Source: Phoronis australis (Eukaryota > Animalia > Phoronida). Taken from it: 64,000 bases of DNA. The stretch is from assembly GCA_002633005.1 (NCBI GenBank), contig NMRA01000436.1, positions 143,000 through 206,999 on the forward strand, in the 5' to 3' direction. A program made the position numbers and the translations under genes. This document shows positions 49,501 through 61,021 of this stretch, piece by piece (within the stretch, counting starts at the first letter, position 1; every line of letters starts with the position of its first letter). The notes under the pieces were generated by a model that was given only the letters and a program-made list of their open reading frames with translations, searched no databases and was not told the DNA's origin.

Positions 49501-52500
49501 GAACCTTTGACTTGAGCATTGTACTCAGTTACCAGTGGTAACCTATTTTAGCAGACGATATTTTCCCGGTCGAAGCTTGGCGTGATAAAATGTGTAGTAA
49601 GCCATAATAGTTGCTAAACCTTAATCTATAGATTCACTCTATTTCTATTTTGTTTAAATTTTTCAATTGGTTTTGAGTAAAAGCATTATTTGACAAAAAA
49701 TAGCTCGGCTTTTCTTAAAAGGTCACGACCTCCGACCCCAGGCCTCTGGCATAGAAATTAGTTACAAAGCCGAGGCGAGTCGAGAAAGGTGGATCGATTC
49801 ATTGCAATGTTTCTCGTTTAGTATGTGGTATAAATGTTCTCAGTCGTTATTCCCCTTATCTAGAGCCCATTTTGAATCCGATCATGACCAAAAACAATAG
49901 TACTTCTCGATCTACACGTCGTGTGTAAATTTCGTGAAACTCGGACGAAAATTGCGACCTGTAGAGAGCGAACAAAAAAAAAATTGCTGTCAGACCAACA
50001 TACTTGGCGGAAGAATTCCGCATCACTCACGATTCCGACCCGAAGATCACACCGCCATTTTGATCTAACCGCGAACCCGGAAGCATTCAGGAACCCAGGC
50101 TAAGTAGTACGTCGGCTGTGCGACTGGAGCAGTGCTTGCAAACGCGTATAAAATAATCGACAGCGGACCTTAACTTAACTAAAACCAAATTAGGGACACT
50201 TTGTACTGAAATGGTGACAAAACGGAGCAAAAGATATTTTGACAGAAATTGTTTTGCCGGACTCGGACCTCATTGGCTGCAGCCGATGACCCGGTGCAGA
50301 CCGATCGAGACCACTCGCACTGACAAAAGACGAAGGCATGCCGTCCTCGGCTGTTTTATCGGAATAAATGATTCAAATCATGAATGCCGTATACATACAA
50401 AGATGTAGTTTCCGACACTTATTTAAAATTACGAACTAGTAACAGTCCTGTGGCAACGATTGAATAACACGAGAGGACTACGGCGGGCTGGGCTAAGCGT
50501 GTTTTACTGGGTTTAGCTAACTCTGGTAAACAAACAGTATAATCAGAACAACGAACATCATCAACACCAAATTGAATAAAATTGCTATACAGTTAGAATA
50601 TTCTGACAGTTAAACTTGCGTAAATGTGGAAAATAATTTAGACGCGACTTTGCTACGGCCGCCGGGCGGCTGACTACCAAGAGAATACCATATGGTGGCG
50701 AAATAACTTCAGGTAGAAAACTTGCTATGGTACCAAATGCGTATATATAAGTATTAAGGAGTTCAAAGTAAAAGGAATAGTTCCCACTTAGCCAGGAACA
50801 TTCGTATACCCCGCTAGTCAGCGGAACCGGGCCGCCTGGCCTCAGTGCCGTGCGCGCCCGGACATCTGTGCTCCGGGGACAAGATAACATTAATTAGCTA
50901 CCCGGCCTGAATGATTAAAATTCCTGTGGCAAAGAGTATAAAAAATACTGCGTCATGCTCCTAACACTCCAATATTTTCCCATCGCCGACATTTTGCTCA
51001 TTGACGAAACTCTTCTACACTCCCTCCCTCGCCCCGGTTTGAGGCGCGGAATTTTTATATTTAGACAACAAAGCTATAGATTGTAAGTTTGTTTTTTTGA
51101 GAATTGAAAAATATATTGTCCCTGATAATTGAAAATCAAAGCCAATTTAGCAAGTGATTTTTTCCCGGTAAAGAGTCACGGTGACTGCAGGCCGCGGAAC
51201 TACTTCGCCGGTTTCTGTGTCCAGGCAGCAAAATCAAGCACAGATGTGGAGCTCACTGTCAGTTTTGAGATAAAACTTGTTTTTGTTTCGTCGAAACATC
51301 GCCGTATGTGGATGTTTTTTTTCTATTTTACATTTCTAAACGGCCAGTAAAGCCGGTGCCGATTTGCTGTCAAATTACGCACTGCGCTCACACGTCAGGG
51401 TAGTCACCGTGACACGGCATTTGCTCACTGTAGGCTGATACTTCGCATCAATTTCAAGATATGGTGATAATTTATTACCTAAATGGGTACTGTTGCAGAA
51501 ATTTGACGTACCCTCGCGATGAGTCAGGGCTGACCTCAGCAGCCGAGCTAGCGTTGGTCATGCGGGAGACTTTGCGAAGGTACTTCAAACTTACAGTATG
51601 ATTATGCCTTAAAAACCATTCTTCATATGCAAAAACAGGTAAAATTAGGACAATAAATAATCAAGTTTGTATAAAAAGAACCAAAATGGAAATAAAAAAC
51701 AACCAAACAAAGTAACAACGCATTTATGCTCACGGTGATGTCAAAACGTTTTCAACGACAACATGGCTGTCATTCAGGAATCGTTCCTGAAAACACACAG
51801 GAACTCAGGTCACGGAAATAGACGGGAATAATCGATGATTTTCCGATCTCGGCCGAGGTACAAAATTGTGCTAAAAAGGCTTTTAGTTTGATAACACAAA
51901 GTATGTGAACATTATGCCATGTTACAAAAAACTTAATTTGGTATATATGTTTATGTTTTTGAACTAGAATGCCCTTTGAGATAAAGACTTTAAAACATAA
52001 AAAAACGTTTATAAATAAGTCAGCAAGGATTCCCCGGGTGTGAGCACTGAATTGTTCTTGAGACAGCACAGCTAGACAGTCTCGCCGCGTTTCTTGAGCT
52101 GGGTCTCGTCTCCGTTTGAACGAACGTGGATATGGAATTTGCCGCCGAAGATTGGTCCGTTTAAGAAGTTGTTTGCATGTCCTTTCGACTGGAAGTAGGC
52201 TACGTACTTTTGTGACACCCGATTTGTCAATCATAACCTTGTCACCTTCTCGGAACTCCGGCATTGTTTGGTTGGCGCGCGTTTGTTTGTTTTAGCGTTT
52301 TGCAGACGATAAAATGAAAGGCGTGCGGAATTTTACTTTGCACTACTTTGTGATTCGCCTATGTAATATCAAAAAATTGCGTAGGCCTACTAGGTGTTAT
52401 TACTAGTCATGTCGTAACACATTCCAGGTCGTGTGAGAACACATATTACTACGCCAAAGACGGAAATCAATGTCCGGTTCCTAACCGTGTTGTAATTAGT

Positions 52501-53036
52501 TAAAACCTAACTTCAAAGGAATTTTGTTATTTTAGATGTATTGGACTAACCAGATAGTCCTAACAAAGCATTAGTAAAATAAGGAAACGCGAGTTCAATC
52601 ACGCAAATGCAAGCCCGTCAAATGATAAGTGAAGCTGCCCTTTCGCGCCATGTTCCGTCACCGCAAGATCCCAGCACAAACAACAAAAGATTGTATTGAA
52701 TAGGGGTCTGAATAGAACATCATTGCGTGCGGGTGTTACTCGCAGCTGTTTGAATTAAAATGTGATTCTCGCGGTGACGTAGAGAAAAGCAAGACAATAC
52801 GCCTAACAGTTCGTTACATTTGACAATTTATAGCACTAGTGGGCTCAGAGGCATGCTCTTATCATACTGTAGGAACCAAATTTTCAGGTGTTACCGCTGA
52901 AGACAGGCTTTAATATAAGCAAATACAATCGTTAATACTTCGCTCTCGTATCGGCTGGCATATCACGTATCTCGAAATATTAACCCACTGTTACCATCAC
53001 GAACAGCATATAACACGTACACATATTCATACATAT

Positions 53037-53096
<60 letters not shown>

Positions 53097-56000
53097 AGTA
53101 TGTGTGTAAGTATGTATGAATGTATGTATGTATGTATACGTGTATGGCCAGCTGTTTTGAAGGTAAACGTTTACCATTAATTAAAAGTAATCTTAAAGTA
53201 AATCTTGCATTTATGTTTTATTGCGATGTATCATGTTGGAAAGTATATTAAGAGATAATAGAAATGAGTTTGCCTTATAAAAACCTAGCAGTTAACAAAT
53301 AAACATCAAATGCCAACAACCAGTCTTAAGACACACTGTAAAATTAATGGAGTAGTGCTTAAGTGTCGTAAATACAAATAACCATTCTTTGAACATTGTG
53401 GCAGCTTGAGTCAACATAATTTCAGAACTCACCAATCAATAACGGACACTCCATCCGCTTCTCGCTCACTCAAATACCCAGGCAAATCATTCCTTATTCT
53501 TGTCCAAAGCAGAGGCGGTATCCTTCGCACAGGCGGCAGGTGATATTGATAGACGTCGTTCAACACCTAAACAAGTAAATGCATATACAAATACGACTAA
53601 ACAGTGAGCATTAATGGCTCGTCATGACACATAGACCTTTTAAGTTCGTCACCTGACAGTTACTACAATAAAATGAAAGCGCTCGGAGCAGCGACACTTG
53701 GCGAAATTAACTAAAAAAGACGATGATAGAGATGATGACAAAGATGATGAATATGATGATGATGGTGGCGATGATGAACAATAAGACAACATTCATATGA
53801 GGAATGTAGATGTCAGAAATCAGTAAGAAATAGGCTAAAGTCTTGTTCAATAGCACGTAAACCAACAACAATGCAGCAAAATCGGTCAAAAAAGGAACAG
53901 CGTTTTCAGAAAATCTTGAATAATTCGAAAAGTAGTTGTCCTAGAGCAACGAGGACATCTTCTTACAGCCCGTTCAAAATATCATCTAACTGGATAGTTT
54001 TGCAAACTTCCTTAAAATTTTCGAAAATTTTCAAATTTTCCATTTTTTCAATTGAAAGTCAAATAACACAAAAACGGTAAGCCTGAGAAAAGAAAAACAT
54101 TCTTGCAGGGCATTTAAAAGGGTATATTTCAGAGAATCAATATGCAGAAATTCACGTCATTTTCTCTTCCAATTTAAATGGCACCCCAGGAAAACTGGAA
54201 ATGGATTAAAATGTGCCGGCTCCGTCATCTTGAAAGTAACTTGCGCTTCCGCAGCACTGAATAATAGCTTGTCATAGGAAACTAATACAAGAGAAAATTC
54301 GAAACAATTGGTCCTATAATGCGCCCTCTACAGGACAAAACGTTTTTAGCCAGAAATCGAGGTGCGCATGCACAATTCACGGTATTTCCGCCAGCTTAAA
54401 CTGGAAGTGAAGGATTTCCAAAACCCCTGTAGCACACGTACGGTACAATAAACGTGCCAATTTTCAGCCGTGTAAAGTGATAATTACGGCCTCTATGAGC
54501 ATTTAAATCTTAAAATGACCTTCACTTCCGCCATCTTGTATTCAATCCTGACGAAAAACACTAATGTTCTAGGACTTCCACAACTAGTGTTTGTGTGTAA
54601 ATTTCATGGAAATCGGACGAAAAATGCGACCTTCAGAGTGCGAACAAACAAAACGAGAGCGCTAGGAGGGGCGACACTGCGAAAATTAACCGAAAAGACG
54701 ACGATGGAGATGGTGACGACGATGATGGTTATGTTGATGAAGGTGGCGAGTATGAAGAACACGATGGCATTCATGTGACTAGCGAAGATGGAAGAAATCA
54801 GTAAGAAATAGGCTAGTCTTGAGCGAAATGAACTGAAAAGACGACGGTGGAGATGACGACGGCGATGAAGATGACGACGACGATGATGGTTATGATGATG
54901 ATAGTGGTGATTATGAAAAAACACGATAACATTCATGTGACTAGCAAATATGAAATTGACCACTGTCTTGTTCAATAGAAGCTAAACCAACGTCAGTGCA
55001 GCATGACCGGTCAACAAAGGAACAGCGTTATCAGAAAACGTGGAACAATTCAAAAAGTATTCGTTGAATCGAAAAAAAGGAAAAAAATCTTCTGAAAGCC
55101 CGTTGAAAACCCTATCCAACACGTTCCATGGATTTTTCGAAAAAAATGAACTTTTGCGTGTTTTTGAAATTCAAAATCAAATCACTCGAAAACGGTAAGT
55201 TGAAGAATTCCGCCAAGTAATAAACATGATTGCATATCTTCAGTCCTGGTTCACCTTTTCATCTAGTGACAGTAAGTCCTCCAGTTCAGCCTCTGACAGT
55301 CCGCTCTTGGAGGCTGTGATATACCCCAGAGCATGTGAGACGAGAGTCTTTCCGTGCTGTTGCTCAATTCTGTCAAACAACTTAGTTATTGACTCATGTA
55401 TGGAGGATGCTAATGTAGTTGTAGAGGGCTTGCTGTAACTCTTCCACCTGCAAATCTCGTCAAACACGAGTTTCACGAAGAGAGGCAGATTGCACTTCGT
55501 GAACGCGTCATGAACGATTTTCCACTGTTCCGCAGTGATCGCTTTGTTGGCGTTCTTCAACCATGACTGCAGTATTGTGCTACTCAAATTTTCTCCCAAA
55601 GGCGTTACCTTAAATAAATCGACACGAATTTAGAAAATATCTGCATTGGCAATTTGATATAAGTTTATGTAACAAATCACGTCACATTCAATTTTGTGCG
55701 AAGAGATCATGCCACAGAGCTCCTCCATGGATGTGAGTTCAATGCGCCACTTTAGAAGAAGTTGTACGTAAGTAACTAAAAATGTGCGCTAGTTACCTGC
55801 ACGTAATTTTCTTCAGTCAGAATCATTTTCTTCAACGTCTCCAACAGACAAAAGTAATTTGGGAGTGTGGAAACAACAAATCGCACATTGGCCGGAAGTT
55901 GTGTTGGTAACCATGCCAACTGGTGGGCTCCGTCCGCTCCAGAAAGCTGTAATATCATAGCATTTAAAAGCTATTATACATGTAGTTTACTCATCAACAC

Positions 56001-59000
56001 CGACATATTAGTGCATTTATAAGCACCGTAACTTACAAGTTATATTGTCCAGGTTGATGCTTTTGAATATCAAATGATTCATGCAAATTTTAGTACACAG
56101 GTTGTGAAATGATACAACATGTACTGACTATGTTGCTTTAAAGTATTTTGTGAGTAAAACTTACTTGATCCAAGGAATCGAGGAAGACGACAACAGGCCT
56201 TTCCTTGGTGGCGCATGCCAACAGTTTCTTGAAATGTTGCGTAAGAAGGGCCAACTCGTCCGGTATGTCATCTTCTGGTTCATCATATATCTGGCACAGT
56301 TGGTAACAGAGGCTGGTGAGGAGGGGGATGATACTGGAGGAGTCAGGGCTAGTACCTAGGAAGCGTATCAATAGGACTGGTGCCGCGTTGTTTTCAACCA
56401 GCCAGTTTGGTACCTGGAAGAATCGTACAGCATGGGACTTCCCTAGTCCATAAACCTTTGCAGCTTGCTTTTGATATATGTTCTAAATTGACAATTACGT
56501 GCACCTGCCACCGTGGATTCTTCTTTCCTTACTAACCAATTGTCACATCTCTAAACATTTTAGCAATTCGTTCAAGTTCGTGAGTTTTGAGTGACCCGGT
56601 GACAAAATACCACGCTTTTGTGATCAAATAAAGTCTTTTATTGATCCGTGAAACTCAAGTTAAAGCCAACTCCATGAAATATCACGCATAGAAAGAAACA
56701 TGGCTATCAGGTGACTATTTGTGTACTGATGAAACGTTGGTGAAATCATCAAGACATTGGAAAGAATGGTTTCATTGTTGAAACTGATAAATAAATTGAC
56801 CTTTATGGAAATGCGGCGCATAGCTAAAATGTGGACATCTGTGTGCGTGTGCGCGCTCGCGCGCGCGCGTGCGTGTGTGTGTGTGTGTGTGATACATGAT
56901 CGTAAAATGTGATACAATCACGTGGTTTGCCTTATTCATTCAGAAATAAAATACAAAGACGCTAACACAAACGCTTACCTTACTAACTCCTTTTGCCATA
57001 AGAGAGGTTTTCCCACAGCCGCTCTCTCCACAGAGCACCAGTGGGTATCTGGAATCGCCCGTCACGTAATCTCGTATTCTGTCCACGAGGTCTTCTCTGC
57101 CTTGGAATACCTTGCAGAAAGTCGCGCATGCGTGAAGATGCTGAAGTATGTCCGAATACAGCGTGTCTTGTGCCAACTGTTCGTGATTAGACATTGCATT
57201 GTCAACAAGTCGGATGACATTGTTGAAGAAATGTTCAGAAAACTCTTCAATGTAATGTGAATGAGTTTCTAGCGTGATTCCTGTATTACCACTCCATTCA
57301 ACGGTAGAACGTTTTATGTTTTCTGCACACAGCGCTTTAGGAATCTTGTCGTCTCGAAGAGACGTCAGAAGTTTTTGCGCCTCATTGTCGACTGAACGTG
57401 CGGCGAAGTCAAGGAATTTATTGGCGAATAAAAAAGCGGTGTTCATATTGCTAATGTTCCTAATGTATACTAAACAGTGATCAGTAGTATTTCTAGCCTT
57501 TAATAGTCCTCTGTGTATTTCTCTTTCTGTCACTGTAATGGAAGATAATCAGAAGTCGTCAAAATGAATCTCTAAGTGAGGCGTGGATAATAATGTTGAA
57601 GAGGCAATAAATCCAAACGTAATTGAACTCTGCGCTCAAATGATGGGAGTTTCGAGTATTTTGGAAAATTTGGACCACAACTAGGCTATTCTAGTATCTT
57701 ATGTTCACTTTAAAATAATTGAGGTTTGGCCACAACGAATCAATACCAACTTCGACTTGGAGCGGCTGAGCCGGGTTGCGACACGCATGCGCGGGTATAC
57801 GTAGGTGTTTGCATTCGTTTGTTCGTTTGCTAATTCTTGCTTATGAAGGGCTTATGGTGGAATTTTTGTTTAGTACAATCGAACCAAGTTTATAAGGTCA
57901 TCATCGGAAGCTTTTTCCAAACAAATTCTATCTACATTTTTGAAATATGTTGCAATCTCATGACCCCAAACACTGTCAAACTTGCGATTGGGGTAGCCGA
58001 CCGTGGGTACTGCCGCTGCCTAGCTGATAAGCGTAACGTAAAGCCTGCTTTTGAACGTTTACAATTTTCTCACAAACTGACAGCGTCTTTTTCAAACAAG
58101 TCTCACTAAAGACAAGCCTTGATTATTCCAGCTTAATTAAGGGTGACTGTACCAGAACATCAGGCAAAAGTGAGAACATGGCATGTCGTAAATTTTTTGA
58201 CATATAAGTTATTTGAACACCTACGTGGCAGGATTAATAACTGAGAAATGATTTAGATTGAAGAACTAACAGCTTCTACTAAATCGGCCTTCTTTCTTTT
58301 TAGGGCTAAGATGTGATCGGTAATAACGCCAACTTAAAACATATGCGGCCAATTGTAGTAGAAGAAAAACTAGTTACCGTTTCGAGCACGAATACATCCA
58401 TCTTAGATTAGTAAGACTGCGCAAAAACATTATTCGAAGTTTTATTGCAAATCTCTAATTTCAAACATGTTTTGAACCTCGGTACTTCAGCGGCTACCGC
58501 GCTAATAATATTCGACAGAAAAAGACAACGGCTCAACTGAAAGAGGGTTCATTGATGTAACAGTTGATGTAAAGATTTTTGTAGATCGTAACCTGTGCAT
58601 TTCGTGACCACCCATTGAACATAACCACTGTCACTTAATATCTAGAGGACGGCAGATTATGCGTTAACAGTAATTTTCGCAGTAAAATATTTTTAACTGA
58701 AATTGATTATTAGTCGGTAAACGAAGTTGAAAAATGTAGATGGCTTTTATGGTAACCTTGCATTGGATAGAAAACATTGTTTGACGTGAATTCAACGTTT
58801 GGAAGCATTTCTTGCGAAAACACATAGCGCCACGTGGTGCTTGATTTTAATTTGCCGTATTGTACATCACTGCGGTTACTGGGCGTTAACCGTAATACTC
58901 ATATTGCAATAACCAGAACTTATTATTAGTCGTTAAACGAAGTTGAATTATATAAATCGCTTAGATGTTAACCTTACGCTGGATACAAAACCATGTTTGC

Positions 59001-61021
59001 GCGAACTCATCATTTGGAAGCTTTATTGCGAAAGCACATAGCGTAGGGGATGACCGCTACAGCGATAGGAAGAAGTTTTGTGCAGCAACACATCATTCGA
59101 TATCAAAAATGAACACGTTCACAAAAGTGGGGAGATTCCTGTCTCAGTTTTGTATTATCTACCTGACATGAAAAAATTATGCATCTGGTCTCTGTTAAGT
59201 TTCCTGGCAATAAATAACACTTGTGCCGCTTTTCGAAGCATCTTTTGCAGTCTCGTCATAGTATCCCACCATGCATTTTGATCTTGTTCTTGGAGTTTTG
59301 GGTGTCTCTGTAAGTTCAAAATCACGGTTATGTTAAACTAACCACTGCCGAAGATTTAATAAAACGTCAATTTATTACTCTTGGTATTTTGGATTGCTTA
59401 CGCCCGAGTTTTGTATTTGTTTTAAGATATCCCATATCGTAAAATGACGTCACTAGGTTAAAGAATGAGGTTGGTATCTAGGTAAATCACGTGTAGTGGT
59501 CGTTTAGTAAAGGCGCATGATGACATTGGAGACATTTGCCTTTCTCCAATATCAAATTTAAGGAAGTCATATCGTCAAACGAAGAAAAACCATTAAGTAA
59601 TGTTTTTTAATATTCAGTGCTTCTGGGATATAGTCACGGAGATCAACTACAGTGTAATGGCGTATCAAATCACACTACGTTATACAGGTAGAATAGTTAG
59701 AATATTCACCCACCTTGTTGTTGAAGTTTACTAATATGGAGCTGATGGGCTGCAAGACGTACTCGGCGGGTACCGTGTTATCGTCACGACGGTACCAAGT
59801 GTCGAGCAGTGCTTGGTCTGTCTGTACGTTCTTTGTACATTCGCGCACGAGATCGAACTCGTTATGTCGGATCTTGGTGGGAATTGGGCGGTATCCATAC
59901 TTCTGGCCGAGAAAAACCTGCAATAGTTGAGTGTGGAATTGTATGTTGTCGCTGCGTCTCAAAGGTGTCCTTAACTTGCTGTCGGCTTTGCAATTTCAAG
60001 TGCCAGCGGCGAAACAGAACAGAAAACTCCAAGCAGCCAAGCAATTTAAGTTTAAGATTCATTTTCACGAAGCTTTAACCCAAAACAACATTGTATATGC
60101 ATACATTTACTGTGGGCACGTGGTTCACTTTGCATGTTCTGCCGGGTGAACCGGCTCAGGCAGTGATTGATCCTCGGTGACAACTTCCAGCTTTTATACC
60201 AACCAGGGTAGAGTTAGGGCAGAGCTAGGACGTAGGCTAGGACCTCGCTAAAATATAACTCATTTAAAATACACTGCAAAATCTCACGTAATCTCGCAAA
60301 GTTTTGCTTTTAAGCGATGTCTTAGAGTAACTGAGCTCTACCCTGATGTCTTAGCCGGTTGACTAGCAGGCGGAACCGGCCAAGTCAACGTACCGTAACC
60401 ATTACGTGATAATCCCATCTTACAAGCAGCGACGTTTCCTGACAGAGAAGGAATTAACTAGTTGCTGCCAAAGACTAGAATGAACCACGTGATGAAAGGT
60501 TTTGATCAAGTTTAACAATTCGTCCATTTGATTTCCTTTCTCTGTAGGCCTATGTCGACATTAAGTTTATACGACTGGCATGTTTCGTCAAAAGTAATAG
60601 CCTGTGAATCCCAGCTAATTTTGCGATTTACGGATAACCTCAGCTGCTGCGTGGGTAACCCAGGCAACAGGTTATGGTACTGTACGTTAGAAGCTTGACA
60701 AATAGTCTCTCATTGACGGCTAATCAGTTGCAGACGTGATAATAATTTACGACGAGAACTCCGTAAACAGATCAATACCATCACCAACAAGTCGTTTGCA
60801 CCTGCAATACTGACCACGAAATTGGGTCCACCTGCAATACTGACCACGAAATTGGGTCCACCTGCAATACAGACCACGAAATTGGGTCCACCTGCAATAC
60901 TGACCACGAAATTGGGTCCCATACTCAGCCGCTGACAGTTGTCTATTTCCTGCATGCACAACTCGGTTGTCATGTGATCATCCGTCGCCTCGTCACGTAC
61001 ACCCCAGCGCATGTCCACTAC
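31185..61021 (-). CDS. NWD2: NACHT and WD40 repeat domain protein (NWD1/NWD2-like; DUF4062-like N-terminus, NACHT, WD40); 21 exons in window, 5' end outside window
   Basis: Exons: 61021-60905, 59917-59714, 59307-59163, 57532-56979, 56413-56165, 55946-55797, 55608-55255, 53566-53433, 48917-48725, 47397-47272, 46929-46758, 46096-45962, 45360-45134, 38372-38178, 36243-36081, 35186-35046, 34632-34498, 33910-33729, 33049-32797, 32529-31912, 31546-31185. All GT-AG with compatible phases, total 4809 nt. Motifs: VDMRWGV..C..EI..C, FLGQKYGYRP, Walker A GESGCGKTS, RFLGTSP, Walker B VVFLDSLDQ, WYHRQF, NLRKLSELPYHL, many GH..WD-type repeats. NWD1 versus NWD2 orthology cannot be resolved by eye. Confidence 0.92.
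31912..32529 (-). CDS. NWD2: NWD-like exon (GKVLRIDACK...GLYAPSRGGMELL...YVLYYHT)
   Basis: ttctag|CT acceptor, G|gtaagt donor, 618 nt, phase 1/1. Confidence 0.9.
32797..33049 (-). CDS. NWD2: NWD-like exon (VHSIDRHEKPIDS...SAESGHILIWE)
   Basis: ttccag|GTA acceptor, C|gtacgt donor, phase 0/1. Confidence 0.87.
33729..33910 (-). CDS. NWD2: NWD-like exon (VRKNLYVYD...LDAHFGRI...DKTIKVWN...YEQ)
   Basis: ttttag|GT acceptor, CAG|gtgtcg donor, phase 1/0; WD40 repeat. Confidence 0.9.
34498..34632 (-). CDS. NWD2: NWD-like exon (GYKLWAL...IRNIP...FVVAG)
   Basis: ttccag|GG acceptor, G|gtgagt donor, phase 1/1. Confidence 0.87.
35046..35186 (-). CDS. NWD2: NWD-like exon (GISENDVAVYKK...LSPDDAYLVATLAS)
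   Basis: tttcag|GA acceptor, G|gtattg donor, phase 1/1. Confidence 0.85.
35657..35817 (+). mobile_element. ~160-bp GGCGGAT MITE copy in NWD intron
   Basis: CAGGGGCGGATCAAGG...TAAATCCACCTCT; same family as 4697-4846. Confidence 0.75.
36081..36243 (-). CDS. NWD2: NWD-like exon (LDLSTSGENYMVLK...FEFHSAIAIT..VYACI)
   Basis: tttcag|CTC acceptor, G|gtaggt donor, phase 0/1, open frame; not in ORF track. Confidence 0.8.
36414..37670 (+). mobile_element. Full-length defective mariner (DD34D, irritans/Himar1-like) in NWD intron
   Basis: 28-bp imperfect TIRs CGAGGGTCGTTCAATAAGTTCTCGGCCT / AGGCCGTGAACGTATTGAACCACCCTCG; TA at left (right TA mutated to CA); 1257 bp. Confidence 0.92.
36550..37605 (+). 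pseudogene. Mariner transposase pseudogene
   Basis: WVPR, LVTQDET, WVHHFDSESKQQSKQW, LLQDNAPAH, YGPDLAPSDFYLF motifs split across frames with stops. Confidence 0.9.
38178..38372 (-). CDS. NWD2: NWD-like exon (VIVCSIMTGEYRVI...TPLLQ)
   Basis: cataag|GTA acceptor, CAG|gtattg donor, phase 0/0. Confidence 0.8.
42383..44971. mobile_element. ~2.6-kb foldback element with ~0.9-1.1-kb inverted arms and TAGACC..GGTCTA termini
   Basis: 42383-~43455 mirrors ~44063-44971 (e.g. CAAATTGCGGCGATCGTAGTGTTACGGATTAGGTACTATGCTGAAT and its reverse complement); TA on both flanks; ~600-bp unique GC-richer core. Confidence 0.85.
43197..43353 (-). mobile_element. ~155-bp GGCGGAT MITE copy nested in left arm of foldback element
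   Basis: Reverse-complement match to the 4697 and 35657 copies; absent from the mirror arm at ~44150. Confidence 0.75.
45134..45360 (-). CDS. NWD2: NWD-like exon, start of WD40 region (GPLQYSLEGHQFAPF...IWD)
   Basis: ttccag|GC acceptor, CAA|gtaagc donor, phase 1/0. Confidence 0.9.
45661..45994 (-). repeat. ~56-bp tandem array x6 made of NWD exon 3' end plus GTGAGT donor
   Basis: CTCACC junction motif at 45681, 45737, 45793, 45849, 45901 and 45957. Confidence 0.92.
45962..46096 (-). CDS. NWD2: NWD-like exon (GPQIIGRLLPY...YHCLHTPG)
   Basis: tcacag|GA acceptor, CCTG|gtgagt donor, phase 1/1. Confidence 0.9.
46758..46929 (-). CDS. NWD2: NWD-like exon (ALFNYLFLNAKLSSMP...HPEMLG)
   Basis: ttacag|GCG acceptor, G|gtaaaa donor, phase 0/1. 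Confidence 0.9.
47272..47397 (-). CDS. NWD2: NWD-like exon (VPMQPMVF...YNLRKLSELPYHL...SE)
   Basis: tttag|GTT acceptor, GAG|gtatgg donor, 126 nt. Confidence 0.9.
47945..48056. repeat. Degenerate ~40-bp tandem repeat (~3 copies, ACAACTGACTCAGATTCACAGATTGATA)
   Basis: Visible recurring motif. Confidence 0.6.
48725..48917 (-). CDS. NWD2: NWD-like exon (YHRQFIDAARERYFRN...ADYFLGTWGG...SDRK)
   Basis: gacag|G acceptor, AAG|gtagac donor, phase 2/0. Confidence 0.9.
53041..53092. repeat. (CA)n microsatellite, ~26 units
   Basis: Direct observation. Confidence 0.97.
53433..53566 (-). CDS. NWD2: NWD-like exon (VLNDVYQYHLPPVRRIPPLLWTRIR...IDW)
   Basis: tttag|GTG acceptor, TG|gtgagt donor, phase 0/2. 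Confidence 0.9.
53670..55200. repeat. Internally duplicated non-coding repeat with (GAT/GAC)n tracts; possibly non-autonomous Helitron/Helentron-like
   Basis: ~53675-54085 duplicated at ~54655-55200; AAATTTCATGGAAATCGGACGAAAAATGCGACC..AGAGTGCGAACAAA module at ~54598 recurs at ~49926. Confidence 0.5.
55255..55608 (-). CDS. NWD2: NWD-like exon (VTPLGENL...GLSEAELEDLLSLDEK)
   Basis: tttaag|GTA acceptor, AAG|gtgaac donor, 354 nt. Confidence 0.9.
55797..55946 (-). CDS. NWD2: NWD-like exon (LSGADGAHQLAWLP...VVST)
   Basis: ttacag|CTT acceptor, CAG|gtaact donor, 150 nt. Confidence 0.9.
56165..56413 (-). CDS. NWD2: NWD-like exon with RFLGTSP and Walker B (VVFLDSLDQ)
   Basis: ttccag|GTA acceptor, CAA|gtaagt donor, phase 0/0. 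Confidence 0.92.
56979..57532 (-). CDS. NWD2: NWD-like exon with NACHT Walker A (GESGCGKTS)
   Basis: ttacag|TG acceptor, AAG|gtaagc donor, phase 1/0. Confidence 0.92.
59163..59307 (-). CDS. NWD2: NWD-like exon (RHPKLQEQDQNAWWDT...HNFFMS)
   Basis: ttacag|AGA acceptor, G|gtagat donor, phase 0/1; not in ORF track, found by manual translation. Confidence 0.88.
59714..59917 (-). CDS. NWD2: NWD-like exon (VFLGQKYGYRPIP...VNFNNK)
   Basis: ttgcag|GTT acceptor, AAG|gtgggt donor, 204 nt, phase 0/0. Confidence 0.9.
60799..60919 (-). repeat. 30-bp tandem array x4 made of NWD exon 3' end plus donor (GGACCCAATTTCGTG|GTCAGTATTGCAGGT)
   Basis: Exact 30-bp period with one variant unit. Confidence 0.95.
60905..61021 (-). 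CDS. NWD2: NWD-like exon (VVDMRWGVRDEATDDHMTTELCMQEIDNCQRLSMGPNFV), DUF4062-like region
   Basis: cag|GTA acceptor, GTG|gtcagt donor, phase 0/0; conserved DMRWGV motif. Confidence 0.9.

Noticed and set aside
51770-52264. 164-aa minus-strand ORF in an NWD intron
   Set aside because: No recognisable domain, second half is AT-rich non-coding-like, and it is not needed for the NWD reading frame
53707-54975. Hydrophobic and His/Arg-rich ORFs
   Set aside because: Translations of (GAT/GAC)n simple repeats inside a duplicated non-coding element
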